Origin: Eledone cirrhosa
Lineage: Eukaryota
DNA: 64,000 nt
NCBI GenBank assembly: GCA_964016885.1
Contig: CAXHJY010001237.1
Span: 1-64,000 of the forward strand
Direction: 5' to 3'
A program made the position numbers and the translations under genes. The notes under the pieces were generated by a model, which searched no databases, was not told the DNA's origin, and saw only the letters and a program-made list of their open reading frames with translations. Positions 24,063 to 37,373 of the stretch are shown one piece after another (the first letter of the stretch is position 1; each line of letters starts with the position of its first letter).

Positions 24063-24797
24063 TCAAGTAGTTGGTGACATTAACAGATTAATAGTACCTA
24101 GAACAGTGCAACGAGAGAATATTGTATCTTTTCCTCCTTTGTTTCTGTGTTAAACATTTTGGTACCAACCCAGCCAAAACCAGCTTGGCTTTTATTGAAA
24201 TAAAACCAATTTTAAAGTGTACCTATTTAAATTAAGATCTTCCAACATAATTTTTGTATAAGAACCATATATTAATGAAATAATTAATATTAGTAAATCC
24301 CTCTGAATACTTCATTAATTAATTGATGTAGTGTATGTTATTAGTTATATAGTTGCAAAAGGGGTTAACGGGTTCCTATTTATATTTTCTTCCAACATAA
24401 TTTTTAGATAAGAACCATATATTAATAAAATAATTAATAATTTTAGTAAATCTCTCCAAATCTGAAGTAGTGTAATGTCATTTGTTATATAGTTGCAAAA
24501 AGGGTTAAATTGTAAAAGTAAAATGACATTTTATTTAAACCCTTTTGAAACTATTTTCTGTTAAGACCTCTAGTGTCTTCAGTCACTGGAGCGCAGTTTT
24601 CCTTCCTCAAATCAGGATGAGGGCATTGCATCTGAGGAGGAAGCTCTGATGCAGCGGATGTGACTGGCTGTTATTTATGACAATACTTTTGTCTTTTTAT
24701 CCCTAAGATAGACTGTTCAACCAAGAGTGTAGACTTTACCCCTCCCTTTTTCTGTTATTCTCTCTTTATCCTTTATGTTGTATGAATTCTTTAATAG

Positions 24798-25021
24798 TTA
24801 ACCCTTTTTGTTAACATATTTCTAATGAAAGACATTGCCTATTATTTTCAAATAATTTTGAAAATAATATAGAATTTGGAGAGCTATAGTAAAATAATTT
24901 TCTATTTATTAAGTTGGTGTTTAGTGCATAACTTAAAGGTTAAATAAAATTATGATAGAAGATTTTGAGAAAACACCTTAGTATTGTAGAACTAGGGACA
25001 GTTTGGTATCAAAGGAGTTAA
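24798..25021. mobile_element. piggyBac-like MITE, family B
   Basis: TTAA|ccctttttgttaacata ... ttggtatcaaaggag|TTAA. Confidence 0.6.
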
Positions 25022-25226
25022 CAGCTGGTAACTCCTTTGGTATATTAATCTCCTTTGGTATGATTTTGGTATATTAGTCCAACAGACTAATATACCAAAA
25101 TCAAAACTGTCAGTATCATACTGACCTTCAGATTAAGATTCTAGCTTTGTAAGTTGTCTTTTAACAAGTTGCAATGTCATAGAGGTGTCGTAATAGACTC
25201 TGAGTGTGTGTATGTATGTATGTATG

Positions 25227-25258
<32 letters not shown>

Positions 25259-25964
25259 AGAAAAATGGAGTGCTGCGTGGTTGCACATGGGTTACATATG
25301 AATAAAATTAGTCCTTCATCAGTGATCTTCCAACTTTCATTGGTATTTCATCGCTTTAAAAATCATATACCTCTGGTTGGTGCGAGCAATAACTAAATAA
25401 AGTTATTGGGACAAATAAAATAGGGTGAAACGAGCGAGACATATAAACAAACAACGATGGTATTGCAACAGAAAGATAGGAAGAGACATGATAGGAAGTA
25501 CATGATATCTGTAAGCTTAAGCTCGGTGAATTCATGGACGAGAGATACAGACCATCCGACATGGGTGAGATGTGAGCGAGAAAAGGATTTTAATAATAAT
25601 AATTTGCATAATTATTTTAATTTTAGTTAGTTCTGTTAATTGCAATGTATTGCTGCATTTGCAAGTTTTACAAAAATCTATGATTTATAGCACGCAATAA
25701 ATGCTATTTGAAGTAGACTGTTTTTCTATTGTTTTTTCTTGGGGTGGGCGGGAATTATCCTAGTGTGTTTTGCTATGTAGTAAAATATTATATAAAAACC
25801 AGTCTTAAAATGTTTAGCTATTTTGTTACCAACTCTCCCCAAAACCACCTTATTCTATGAAATAAAATCACCAATTTTAAAGGATTCCTATTTAAATTAT
25901 CTTGCAACATAATTTTACATCTGAACATATTGCTATATGTTATAAATACCATCTTAATGAAATG

Positions 25965-26180
25965 GTTTCTGATTTAGGCACAAGGCCAACAATTTGGGGG
26001 AAGGGGAATGTCGATTGAATCAGCCTCAGTGCATTACTAGTACTTTATTTTGTCTACCCCACTTTCTCCATAAGGATGAAAGCTAATCTCAGTGGGATTT
26101 GAAATCAGAATGTAAAGGGATGTAACTCTATATTACACAGCATGTTGTCCGACTCTCTTCTGATACTACCGATCCACTAC
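25965..26180 (-). mobile_element. SINE-like repeat, family 3
   Basis: gtttctgatttaggcacaaggccaacaattt...ggatgaaag...gggatttgaaatcagaatgtaaag is the reverse of the element at 57033-57213. Confidence 0.7.
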
Positions 26181-26613
26181 TCTTAATCCATCTTGATGAA
26201 ATAGATTTTAGAAAATCTCTCAAAATTCTTCATAGGCTGTTTTCCTGTACTGCATGAAACCTCACGAGAAAGACATTCTTGAAAAGTAAAAAAACAGCAC
26301 TGTGATGGGCTTCATATTAAAAATCAGTCTATAGTCTACTGCAATTTTTCATAACCTGTCCACTAGTAAAGACACTATATACATTTGAATTAACAAACCT
26401 GTTTTTAAATATTCCCTGCTAAATCATTTAAGGATGTTAAGGGTTAATAGAGAAAATGTATAATCAGTTTAGTATATGCTGTATGTGGTTATCTCAGTTT
26501 TTAGAATAGATATGCCGTATCCCTATGTGTTGTAACAAGTGACTAAAGGGTTGTCAGGAAATGCATTTAGCTGTAAAACACTGCCTCAAAAAATCCTATA
26601 CAACCCATACTAG

Positions 26614-26894
26614 TGCAGGCACATTGCTTAGTGGTAAGGGTATTGGACTTCGTAAAGTTGTGGGTTCAATTCCTTGATTGGGTTGTGTTGTATTCTTGAA
26701 CAAAACACTTCATTTCATGTTACTCTAGTATACTCAGCTGGAAATAAGTACCAGTAATAGCTGGGAGTTTAACTCTGCGATGAACAAGTGTCCTCTCCAG
26801 GGTGGAGTCATGTACTCTCAGTTGCTTAATGCCATGGAAACTGACATAAGTATCGGCCTGATGAGCTTCCGGTCTTGAGACACTTAAGACTTAG
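26614..26894 (+). mobile_element. Full-length tRNA-derived SINE, family 1, with 12-bp TSD
   Basis: A/B-box-like head (gcttagtggtaagg ... gggttcaattcc); flanked by aacccatactag at 26602-26613 and 26895-26906; homologous to 34967-35264. Confidence 0.85.
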
Positions 26895-27308
26895 AACCCA
26901 TACTAGCATGGACAAAAATATATATAGACAAAAACATTAGTTAAGGTCACAAATGGCTTAAAAATGAAAATATGCAATATGTTGGTCTGCTGTGAAGGGA
27001 GTAAAGAAATATGTAATCTTTTACAAGGCTCCTTCTATTCATATCTTATATGATTCCCCAGAGTAGGCTACAGATAAATAATAATAAGGATCTTTACTGT
27101 CTATCCCTAAATTGCTTTTCTGTCTATTTATAGATGTTGTTTTATCTATTAATAGACTTTTTCCATATTTTCTCATGAGGGTACACTTCTCTCCCTCTCC
27201 TCTTCAAGTTTTCTGTCTTTCCCTGCTCTCTTCTCACCAACATAGTTTGCATTTTACTATGTTAATCATTGTGAGTCAACATTATTTTATTTTCAGTGTA
27301 TACAGCAA

Positions 27309-27393
27309 TTAATCTGATACACATACATGCATAAACATAGATATTAAGGTTTAATCTGATACACATACATGCATAAACATAGATATTAAGGTT
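27309..27393. repeat. Tandem duplication of about 42 bp
   Basis: ttaatctgatacacatacatgcataaacatagatattaaggt occurs twice in tandem. Confidence 0.9.
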
Positions 27394-27501
27394 CTCATTG
27401 GAGAAGCTAGGCACACCCCTGCTAGAACACTTTTATAATATATCATTTTAAGAGTTTAGCTAAGCATTTGTTCTGGCAACATTCTTATAGGTGCACACAC
27501 A

Positions 27502-27810
27502 CAGGTATGGCTGTGTGGTTAAGGTGCTTACTTCATAGCCAGATGGTTTCAGGTTCAATCCCACTGCATTGGACCTTGGGCAAGTGTCTTTTAGCTGCAG
27601 GTTAACCAATGTTTTCTGAGAGAAATTTGGTAGACAGAAAGTCCAGAAGTTGCTTGTGTCCCACAACTCAGCAGTTTGACTAAAAAAGATCAATAAAATA
27701 AGTATCAGACTTTAAAATATGCATACTAGGGTTGTTATAATCAACTAAATCCCTTTAAAGCAGTGCCCCAGCTTTGCCATAATCCAATGGCTGAAACTAG
27801 TAAAAGAATA
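27502..27810 (+). mobile_element. tRNA-derived SINE, family 2, followed by a SINE 3' segment
   Basis: caggtatggctgtgtggttaag...caggttcaatcccactg...ccttgggcaagtgtctt. Confidence 0.7.
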
Positions 27811-28717
27811 ATAGAATGTTTGGTATTAACCCTATTAATAGTTTGCATAAGGCCGCTAGCAAAAAGTAATTATACATATAATTCAAAGGACCAACTTTGT
27901 TACACACTGTCACACTGAATCTCCCTGAGAATTATGGAATTATGTTATGGGTACACATCTTTGTGGAATGCTCAGCTACTTGCTTAATTTCATGAGCAGG
28001 CTGTTCTGTTGATCAGAATTGGAGGTCGAACTCACTCACTCACTCTCACACACATGTGCACACACTCTCACTCACTCACTCACTCACACACACATGCACA
28101 CTCACTCACACACACACATGCACATGCTCACTCTCTCTCTCTATCACACATGTATGTATGTATGCAGGCTACTGTTAAACATATAAAAGTGTGTATGTAT
28201 GTATGCTATGTATGTAATGAGTGTGTGTGTGTTTATACTACATATGTATACAAACTGTTCATTTATTCATTCCAAACTGCAGGTCAGTTTAACACCTAGG
28301 TGATTAACATTTTGTACAGGGGCTTGTCTTTTAAAGGAAGCAGGTCGTAGGGTATTTGATTATTACATATTTCTATTTCTAAGTTGTTTGGACTGAAATA
28401 TCATTTGATAACATTCTGAATAAATTATTGATAAACGTTGGTAATGTACTAAATAACTTTGTATGGACTAACATCTGTTTTGTGTACTGTAAGGAAGTTA
28501 AGAGTAGCTTCTTTATCACTGTCAAAATATCAATCTTACCTTATCACAAGTGCAGGCCAGTAACCCTGCTTATAGTTTCTCTCTCACATGTGCGCACACA
28601 CACACACACACACATACACACACACACACATACACACACACACACATACACACACACATACACATACACACATATACACACACACACACACATACACACA
28701 TACACACATATATATAT

Positions 28718-28815
28718 ATCATCATCATGATTCAATATCCACTTTCTCTGTTAGCAAGGGTTAGACCTAGTCAGTACTGAAGCGGGGCTACTGACCTCCT
28801 AGACAGGGAGATGTT
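28718..28815 (-). mobile_element. RTE-type 3' end next to a (CA)n tract
   Basis: catcatcat...atccactttctctgttagcaagggttaga...cagtactgaagcggggctactgacct is the reverse of 22430-22535. Confidence 0.7.
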
Positions 28816-29819
28816 ATTTGGTGCCAGGCCACTTTTTTTATCATTCACCCTGAATTTGGCTGCTATTTCTAGCATGTTTAAAAACAAATAACCACTTTTT
28901 CTGACAAGGAGGACAGTAGTGCAAAACACAAGTATGATGAGAGGATGAGAAACAATGAGTCTACATGGTGATAGCATGCTGTTTCATTAGTGAGGCAGAT
29001 GTTTTTGGCAGTAAGTGAACAATAGAAGTCAGGAGATGGTGTCATGTTGTGTTGAGTGAGTTCTACAATTTTACAGAGTGTAGCGGGTGCATTTTATCAT
29101 GGCACAAACACTAGAGAGGTTGTCAAGTCCTTGACACCACCAAAGGATCCTCTCCCCTCTGTTGTCTGTTTGTCCCCAACTTTACAAGGGGCACTGAATG
29201 CATTTCATAGTGATATCAAAAACTAGAGGTTGTCTTGCCCACTGCAGGCTAAAAGGGACCGCTCCACTCTATGCAGTCACTTATCTTTCACCTTATGTAT
29301 TATCTCTGCAGTGCTGGTGGGTGTGCCATCTTTAGAAGGAAAAGCATTTATAGCAGTCTTTAACCCTTTTGATACCAAAGCATCTGACACCGCTCCCCTG
29401 TTCTATGATATAAAAGTATTTATAGCTATCTAAAAACATTCCATCGTAATTTTATGTAAGAACCTTTAAGTTTTGTTTCAAATGCCAACTTAATTCTTAT
29501 CATCCTGTAATATCTAAACTCATGTTTGTTAATTCAAATGTTTATAGTACCTTTAGTGAACTGATTGTTGTGAAAATTTGCAGTAAACTGAAGATTTTAT
29601 ATTTTAATGTGATTTAGTCAGATTTAATACAATGAAAAAATGTGCTACTTTACAAAATACTTCCAAATTTTTTTTTTTTTTTATTAATTGAAAGAAATAA
29701 TGTATTTCATTAGAAAAACAGTGATGAATGTGTTAAGATGATCATTGAGCAAAACTTCAATCTGATGTTAAAAAGAGTTCAAAAAAGATATTTTGCACCA
29801 CATTGTACATGATTACGAT

Positions 29820-30103
29820 AAAAAGTGCTCAGCCCACATTGTAAAGTGGTTGTGATGGTGACATGACAAAAAACACCCAGCTCATACTGTAAAGTGGTTT
29901 TGTAGGTGTCACAACAAGAAGCACCCAGTTCACACTGTAAATGTGGTTGGTGTTAGGAAGGGCATCCAGCTGTAGAAATCAAGTTAAAATCAGTTCTGTA
30001 TGAGTAAGACATGGTTACCTGTTCTTGCATTTCTCACAACAGGACAACTCGTCTAACCTATGCTAGCATGGAAAAATGAACGTTAAACGGTGATGATAAT
30101 GAT
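29820..30103 (+). mobile_element. RTE-type 3' UTR with internal tandem subrepeats
   Basis: Three copies of cacccag..cacactgtaaagtggtt, then gttaggaagggcatccagctgtagaaa and the terminal atgctagcatggaaaaatgaacgttaaacggtgatgat. Confidence 0.75.
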
Positions 30104-30324
30104 TTTCACCCACATCTGTTGTTAGTTGTATAATTTATTCATTTGTTTTTATGAATTAAAGAATAATTTAGTTTTTTTTTTTTTTTTTTTTTTTTTTAAA
30201 CAAAAATATCAATATTAGTATTAATTAGGTGTTAAAATAAACAAAATTATGCTTTTTTTTATTATCATTGTTTTTATTATGCTTCAATATTTAAATATAG
30301 AGCTGTAACTTAGACATACTTTGT

Positions 30325-30812
30325 ATGGCAAATTGACAGAAACATTTGAACATCCAACAAAATTGCTTCTGTCTCTTTGTTCTGATTTCAAATTTCACTG
30401 AGGTTAACATCCTAGGTTGATAAAATATAGTACCAGTCATGTACTAAGATTGTACTAAAATATAGTACCAGTCATGTACTAAGATTGTTATAATTGATTC
30501 TTCTCTCCCCCTTCATCCAACAAAATTATTTGTTCTGACTCTTTACATTCTGATTTCAAATCTCACAGGTTAACTTCCTATTGTTGATAAAATCTAGTAC
30601 CAGCTATGTACTAGGGTCAATATGACTGTTCCCTCCCTTCATTAACAAAATTATTTGTTCTGGCTCTTTATATTCTGATTTCAAATCTCAGAGGTTGATT
30701 TTCTCTGGTTTACAAAATAAAGTACCAGTTATGTACTGGGGTCAATATAATCTACTATTCCCTCCTACATCATCCCAAATTGCTAATCTTGTGCATAAAT
30801 TAGAAATAAGTA
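30325..30812 (+). mobile_element. SINE family 3 copy with three tandem internal repeats
   Basis: caacaaaatt...ttctgatttcaaat.tca.agg..aa...ttgataaaat..agtaccag.atgtact repeated three times. Confidence 0.7.
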
Positions 30813-31486
30813 TTATTTCTGTCTTCGGTCTATAGGAATTTAGACACTACTATTGTGTTCAGGTATTTATATTTTACATTATAATTAAATGCAAATAAAT
30901 GTATCCTACATTCCACCACCATAAATGAAAGTTAAGGGTCAGTCAGTCGACCTCGTGGTCCAGCCAACAGGATGGAGAAGAAAGACTTTGCCTCAGATGC
31001 TGGCTAGAGAGACACGCTGAAACAGCCACTCCACCTCCCAGGGTTCACACTTTGTAGGCAGATTTCAGTATCAAATTTATGGGGTAAAAAATTATTTTTA
31101 TATACCAACAAAAAAAGTTTCTTAAACACAAAAAGAAAGAAAAAAAATGAGGTATATTTTTAAAAAGTAGTGTGACTCTGGATGTTAAGGTTGGGCAGCT
31201 AAAAGTATTATCTAATGAAATGATCCCTTTTTGATCTGTCATCACCTGTCTTAAATGATTTACAACAGAATCAATATATGATGGGGGGGGGGGGGGATAT
31301 TTAACTGGGGCAGCTGTTTGATTAAAAAAAAGTAGCCAGTATTAAACTCCAGATTAACTATCTTATAACCTATGTGACTAATTTCCTCCTCCTTGTACAT
31401 CAGCCAGAAAGGTTTTAGCAAAGATTATCAACTTAATATATGGTTTAGATCTCAATGTTTTGTAAACAATATTTATATTTTTCCTT

Positions 31487-31488
<2 letters not shown>

Positions 31489-31561
<73 letters not shown>
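31489..31561. repeat. (GT)n microsatellite
   Basis: Perfect dinucleotide run. Confidence 0.98.
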
Positions 31562-31564
<3 letters not shown>

Positions 31565-32204
31565 TCATGCATACACAAATATGTACATAACACACATACA
31601 CATTCATACTAACATATAGTTGCACACACATTTATGTGTATGTCCATGGATACCTTCATACATGTGAATACACGCAGGCATACACACACACACACACAGG
31701 CATACACACACAGAGGCACAGGCATACAGACATATACACACACTCACATATATACATACATCCACACACATACATATAAATAGATATGTGGTCTTTGAAA
31801 ATATGAATATAAACATATTTGACAAAAATCAATGCAGATGCAATGATTTGAGTTGGGGAGAAGGAAGATTACAAATAAAATCCCTATTTATAATAAATTA
31901 TGATCCACAGGTTAGAGAGAGTGATTATTCTCACCTGTGACACAGAGACAATTAGCACTGAAAAACACCTACAGTAGAGATTTACCTGTTTGTTTAGACT
32001 TAGTCATCATCTGGTGTTTTAAAACATCTTCCCCTCTCCAACCCTATTTCCATTGATCAACACCATGATAGTTGGATAGAGATCAAGAGATAACTAAGGA
32101 GCTTCTATAATATTATTTATAATCACTCAGACTGCTTAAATTTAAAGACAGTATCTCCTTAAATAAATTAGCAAATCTCCTTAAAAGACATTCACTGTCT
32201 TTAA

Positions 32205-32409
32205 CCCTTTAGCATTTAAACCAGCCAAATCTGGCCAGAATTCTCACCTCTTTCTCTTTAAACTGGCTGTAACCATTTGCTCATGCTGATGTTAATGTAT
32301 TATTCACAAAATAAATAACAAAAATCTCATAGATTCAATATTATGTGAGCTAAAGCTTTTACCATGAAAATATAATTGTAAATATAGAGTAATGTTAAAT
32401 GCTAAAGAG
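32205..32409 (+). mobile_element. piggyBac-like MITE, family A
   Basis: TTAA|ccctttagcatttaa ... ttaaatgctaaagag|TTAA; further copies at 44953, 57227 and 58931. Confidence 0.85.
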
Positions 32410-32838
32410 TTAAATTATTTTGCAATATGATTTTATATAAGAACCATGTAAAGTTACTATCTTAGTATATAATAAAATAATAAATAATTTTGGTAAATCA
32501 CTCAAAATCCTTCACTAATTAATTGAAATATAGTTATGAAAGTTTTACATTTTTCATCATTTAAATTAGGACAGCATCTTGAAACATCTAAATTTCAATG
32601 ATAGTAAAAGTAGAAATGAAGAACAATGACTGTTAATCACTTTGTGGTGTTTGTCTTGGTCCTCTGAATTCTGAGTTTAAATCCTGCTGAGGTCAGCTTT
32701 GCCTTTCATCCTTTTGAGGGTTAAGAGAACAATGTATTGGCAGAATTGTTAGAGCATCAGGCACGAGGTCATGCAGTATCTGTTCCAGTATTCTGGGTTT
32801 GCCTATGCCAGCATGGAAAAACACCTGTTAAATGATGA

Positions 32839-32839
<1 letters not shown>

Positions 32840-32918
<79 letters not shown>

Positions 32919-33330
32919 CATCACACCATCACACCATCACACCATCACACCATCACACCACACACACCATCACACCACACACACCATCACACCACACACA
33001 CCATCACACCACACACACCATCACACCACACACACCATCACACCACACACACCATCACACCACACACACCATCACACCACACACACCATCACACCACACA
33101 CACCATCACACCACACACACCATCACACCACACACACCATCACACACACCATCACACCATCACACACACCATCACACACACCATCACACACACCATCACA
33201 CACACCATCACACACACCATCACACACACCATCACACACACCATCACACACACCATCACACACACCATCACACACACCATCACACACACCATCACACACA
33301 CCATCACACACACACATACCATCATACCAT
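32840..33330. repeat. (CA)n grading into caccatca-based 8-, 17- and 12-bp minisatellites
   Basis: Direct reading; the His/Thr/Pro-rich ORFs here are artefacts. Confidence 0.95.
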
Positions 33331-34966
33331 CATTTTACATCCGCTTTTTCCTGCTTGCAAGGGTGAGACGGGTCCTATTCAGCACAGCATCTCTCCACAG
33401 GAGTTTTGTTTATCTTTGTTTTTGCGTAGTAACTTCCTGGGCCACTGGTATATCATAATGATTGGATAACTGCACCAATGATTGCATAAACATCTGATGA
33501 AATCATATGAATAACCATGTAACAGAAATATATATAATGCAATAAACAATTATGGTGATTTAATTCCGTCTTTACTACCATTATTTGATATATAAATAAA
33601 TATATATATTTATAAGGAAAGTTAATCAACATCATCATCATACGTCCACTTTTCCCTGCTTGCAAGGATAAATATCATAAATAATAATAAAAGGTTTTTT
33701 ACCTCAACTTATAATTTTGCACATTGCAACAACTCCATGTAAAATGTTTATTTTTTTTAAATATTTAATTGCTTGCTTTACGCTCAGGTCTATTCTTATT
33801 ATTCTTTGAACTTGGTAAACTTTGTTCCTTCTCAGTTTTCCTGAAGAAATGCTGTTATATGTATAGTGTTAATAATTGTTAATTAATTATTTCTGATTGT
33901 TTGCATATGCATGTTCTATTACAGTCGTAGAAATTAAAGAATGAATTTAAGTTAACCTTGGTCTTTGTGGGGGTGGGGGGATTTGGCAAAGCCTTTAGAA
34001 CATAGGAGGAAAAGGTCTTGCAGTGTTTGTTCCAGCTCTCTGAACAATGTAGTCTTAGATATATGTGTGTGTGTGTGTATATGTGTGTATTTATATATTT
34101 ATGACAACCGCTCTTGTGCCGGTACAGTAGGCAGAACGTGTGACGATACATAAGCAAGATGCAGACCCATCCAACCCTTGCTAACAGGGAGAGCAGATGT
34201 TAAATTATGATGATGGTAATATATGTATATGTGTATATATGCAGCAGCAATCATTTTAAGGCAATTTTTCCTTGCTAAAGAAAGATTTAGCCTTGCAAGT
34301 CCCATGAAAAGCTTCATACTCATCATGGAGTCCTTTTTGGAAATAATGTTCTACAGCTGGGTGCTCTTCCCTGCGTCAACTCTTTTAGCAACATTTTATG
34401 ACATACAGTAGTATGGTGTATTTATTCTAAACTGGATAAACACACACTGTGAATATGTGTGTATATATGTGTCTCTAACTTAACTATGAATGAGTGTGAG
34501 GCATGTCAATGTAAGAACCATTTAGTAAACTGAAACTGAATACACAACATTTAAGCCATAGTATTTTGACACAAACAATGTACTGTTATAAAATAGAGAT
34601 CTCGTATAATTCAATACATTGTTGGTAATAAATATCACCAATGACTTTCTATTTATATTTCTTTCTCTATTTCTTTATTTTTTGACTCACCATCATCATG
34701 TAACCTGTTTTACTTATATTGTTAAAAGACCACTACAAATTGTGGTTCAAATTTCTCTCATTCATTTTCACTGTTTTTCATGTTTTATTTATTTTTTAAA
34801 AATCCATACTACTTACTTAGTACTCAAGTGGGGTAGATTTTGTAAATGTATTTGAATGTTGTATGAAATTTTAGAAAGCTGCATATGACACATGTCAAAG
34901 GCAGCACTAATTTGGTATGAACATTTATGTTAATAGGGTAGCGAATTGGCAAAGCCTTTAGAGTAG

Positions 34967-35264
34967 TGGAGGCGTGTGGCCTAGTGGTAAGGGTGTTGGA
35001 GTTATGATCATAATGTTATGGGTTTGATTCCTGGGCTGGTTGCGTGTTGTGTTCTTGGGCAAAACACTTCATTTCACGTTGCTCCAGTATACTCAGTTGA
35101 AAATGAGTACCAGCAATAGCTGGGGGTTTAACCCTGCAATGGACTAGATCCTGCCCAAGGGGAAGTCTTGTACTCTCAATCGCTCCATGCCATGAAACGA
35201 GGATAAACACCTGCCTAGTGAGCCTTGTGGCTTAAGACAGGCTTTAGATCTTTTAGATTAGATG
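34967..35264 (+). mobile_element. Full-length tRNA-derived SINE, family 1, with 10-bp TSD
   Basis: ggcgtgtggcctagtggtaagggtgttgg...gggtttgattcc head, (ttaga)-like tail, TSD tttagag(t/c)ag at 34957-34966 and 35265-35274. Confidence 0.85.
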
Positions 35265-36581
35265 TTTAGAGCAGAGGAAGAAAAGGTCTTGCAGTGTTTG
35301 TTCCAGCTCTCTGCAATGTAGCCTTAGATGTACAAAAAGATAGGATGGTTGTGGTTGATATATCTTTCATCATAGATCTGCTGATCCTGGGTTAAACAGC
35401 AAGAATCTATAGCAATATGGTAAGTAAAAAATATAAAGGACCCTTAACCCCCTGATGGAGTCATAATAGTGCCTTTCCTGAAGCATCTCTTCAGCATTTT
35501 AAACCTAGCGGAGTCCATTCCTCTCCAAGTCTGAACACAGCTGATTTCTATTCGGAAAAAAGAGAAATAAGAATCAATTTCAGTACTGGACTGGTACTTC
35601 ACCAACCTCATATATTTTTCATTATTTTCATCAATGAGTGAGCCTCTATAAGGTCGCTCAAACTGCTGGGAATAGCAGCCCCAAACTCTCTCAAATCATT
35701 CAGTAGGAAAAGGACACATTAAATGTAGTTTTAAAATATATTCCTCAATAAAATAGGGTGTTTACGGCTGAAACAATTTTTAATCATTGGTTTGCTGTGT
35801 ACTAGAGCAGAGATAGCTCGGGCTAAACAGTTTTTGATCAATGGTCTGCTGTATGCTAGAACAGAGTTGACCTGGGGTTAAACAACATCCAAGTTTTTCT
35901 TATAACTAGTGTGTGTGTGAAGGGTGGGGTGCTAATAAAGACTATTAGGTTTACTGTCTTGTAACTATATCATTCCCACACACTTCAAACTAGAGACATT
36001 TTGTATACTACTACCACTCCCACTACCACCACTACCACACCACCCACCACACCGCTATCAAGCACCGCCATCACCCCCCACCACCATTACTGCCATCACC
36101 ACCACCACCACATCTTTATCATAGACAAGTGTCTGTTCATTACTTTTAGCCCCCCCCCCCCCCCCCCAAGATTTAGCTAAGCAGTTCTGTTACTCAGAAG
36201 GAGCTTAATTTACTAAACATATGATCCACCCCAGTGAGTAGAGCCACTGTGTGTGTGTCGGTGTGTGTGTATGTATGTGTCAGTGTATGCCTGTAAATGT
36301 GCATGTATGCTTGTCTCTGTGTATAGGTGGGTGTCAGTGTTTGTGTGTGTATTTGTATCTCTCTTTCTGAGTGTGTGTGTAACTGCATCATGAGTGTCTA
36401 TGTGCATGTGTGTGTGAGGAGGGGGGGGTACTTTGGGGTGTATGTGCTTGTATGATTGTGTGCATGTATGTTTGGGGTGTATGTGCTTGTATGATTTGTG
36501 TACATGTATGTGTGTGTTTGGGATGTATGTGCATGTATGTGTAGGTGGAGGATGTTTGTGTGTGGGGAGGGTGTTTTGGGG

Positions 36582-36680
36582 TGTATGATTGTCTGTGTGC
36601 TTGTATGATTGTCTGTGTGCTTGTATGATTGTCTGTGTGCTTGTATGATTGTCTGTGTGCATGTATGATTGTCTGTGTGC
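36582..36680. repeat. 20-bp minisatellite (tgtatgattgtctgtgtgct), about 5 copies
   Basis: Direct reading. Confidence 0.9.
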
Positions 36681-37029
36681 ATGTATGTGTGGGTAGGAGG
36701 ATGTCTGTGTGTATGTATGCATGTGTGTGTATCTGTGTGCCGGGGAAGATTTCACTTTCATGAAATTGTCTTTCTACATTTCTCTCTCTTGACTGTTTAT
36801 ACACAGCTGTCATAACATGCTGTGTAAGCCTGCATACATGTATGACACATGCACTTAGCGCTAGTGCAAATTGGGTGCACAGGCAGATATACACACACAT
36901 GCACTCATAGAGAGGCCTTCTTAAACATGCATATATGCACATGTTTGGACAGGCACTTGGTCAATTACATTATTGTGAGTGTTAATTTCTGCAAATGTGC
37001 ACGTGTGTATGTATGTATCTATCTATCTA

Positions 37030-37177
37030 TCTATATATACACACACACACATACATATATGTATACTTTTAAAATCATGCATTTATATATGATTATATAT
37101 ATACATGTATATATATGTATATATATATATACATGTATATATATATACACGTGTATATATATATATATATATATACA

Positions 37178-37209
<32 letters not shown>

Positions 37210-37373
37210 CATATACACATATATATATATATACATATATATATACATATACACATATATATATATACATGTATATATACGTATACACATATATATATAT
37301 ACATATATATATACGTATACACATATATATATATATACATGTATATATACATATACACATATATATATATATA
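37030..37373. repeat. (TA)/(TACA) microsatellite
   Basis: Direct reading. Confidence 0.95.

Noticed and set aside
26835-26870. gaaac...ctgatgag suggesting a permuted hammerhead in a SINE
   Set aside because: No room for stem I, and the paralog near 35195-35225 lacks CUGAUGA.
30836-30862. Possible 27-nt micro-exon (tatAG|gaattt...ttcag|GTattt)
   Set aside because: Weak donor; such patterns are expected by chance and cannot be supported without RNA data.
30990-31028. cctcagatgctggc...gctgaaac resembling a Penelope hammerhead variant
   Set aside because: The core CUGANGA is absent and the stems do not pair convincingly.
32771-33469. His/Thr/Pro-rich ORFs resembling histidine-rich proteins
   Set aside because: Translation of (CA)n-derived minisatellites; the flanks are RTE 3' ends.
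34967-35035. tRNA-like sequences with A/B boxes (also 26614, 42238, 43605)
   Set aside because: They continue into SINE bodies, some with TSDs, and do not form a full cloverleaf; not tRNA genes.
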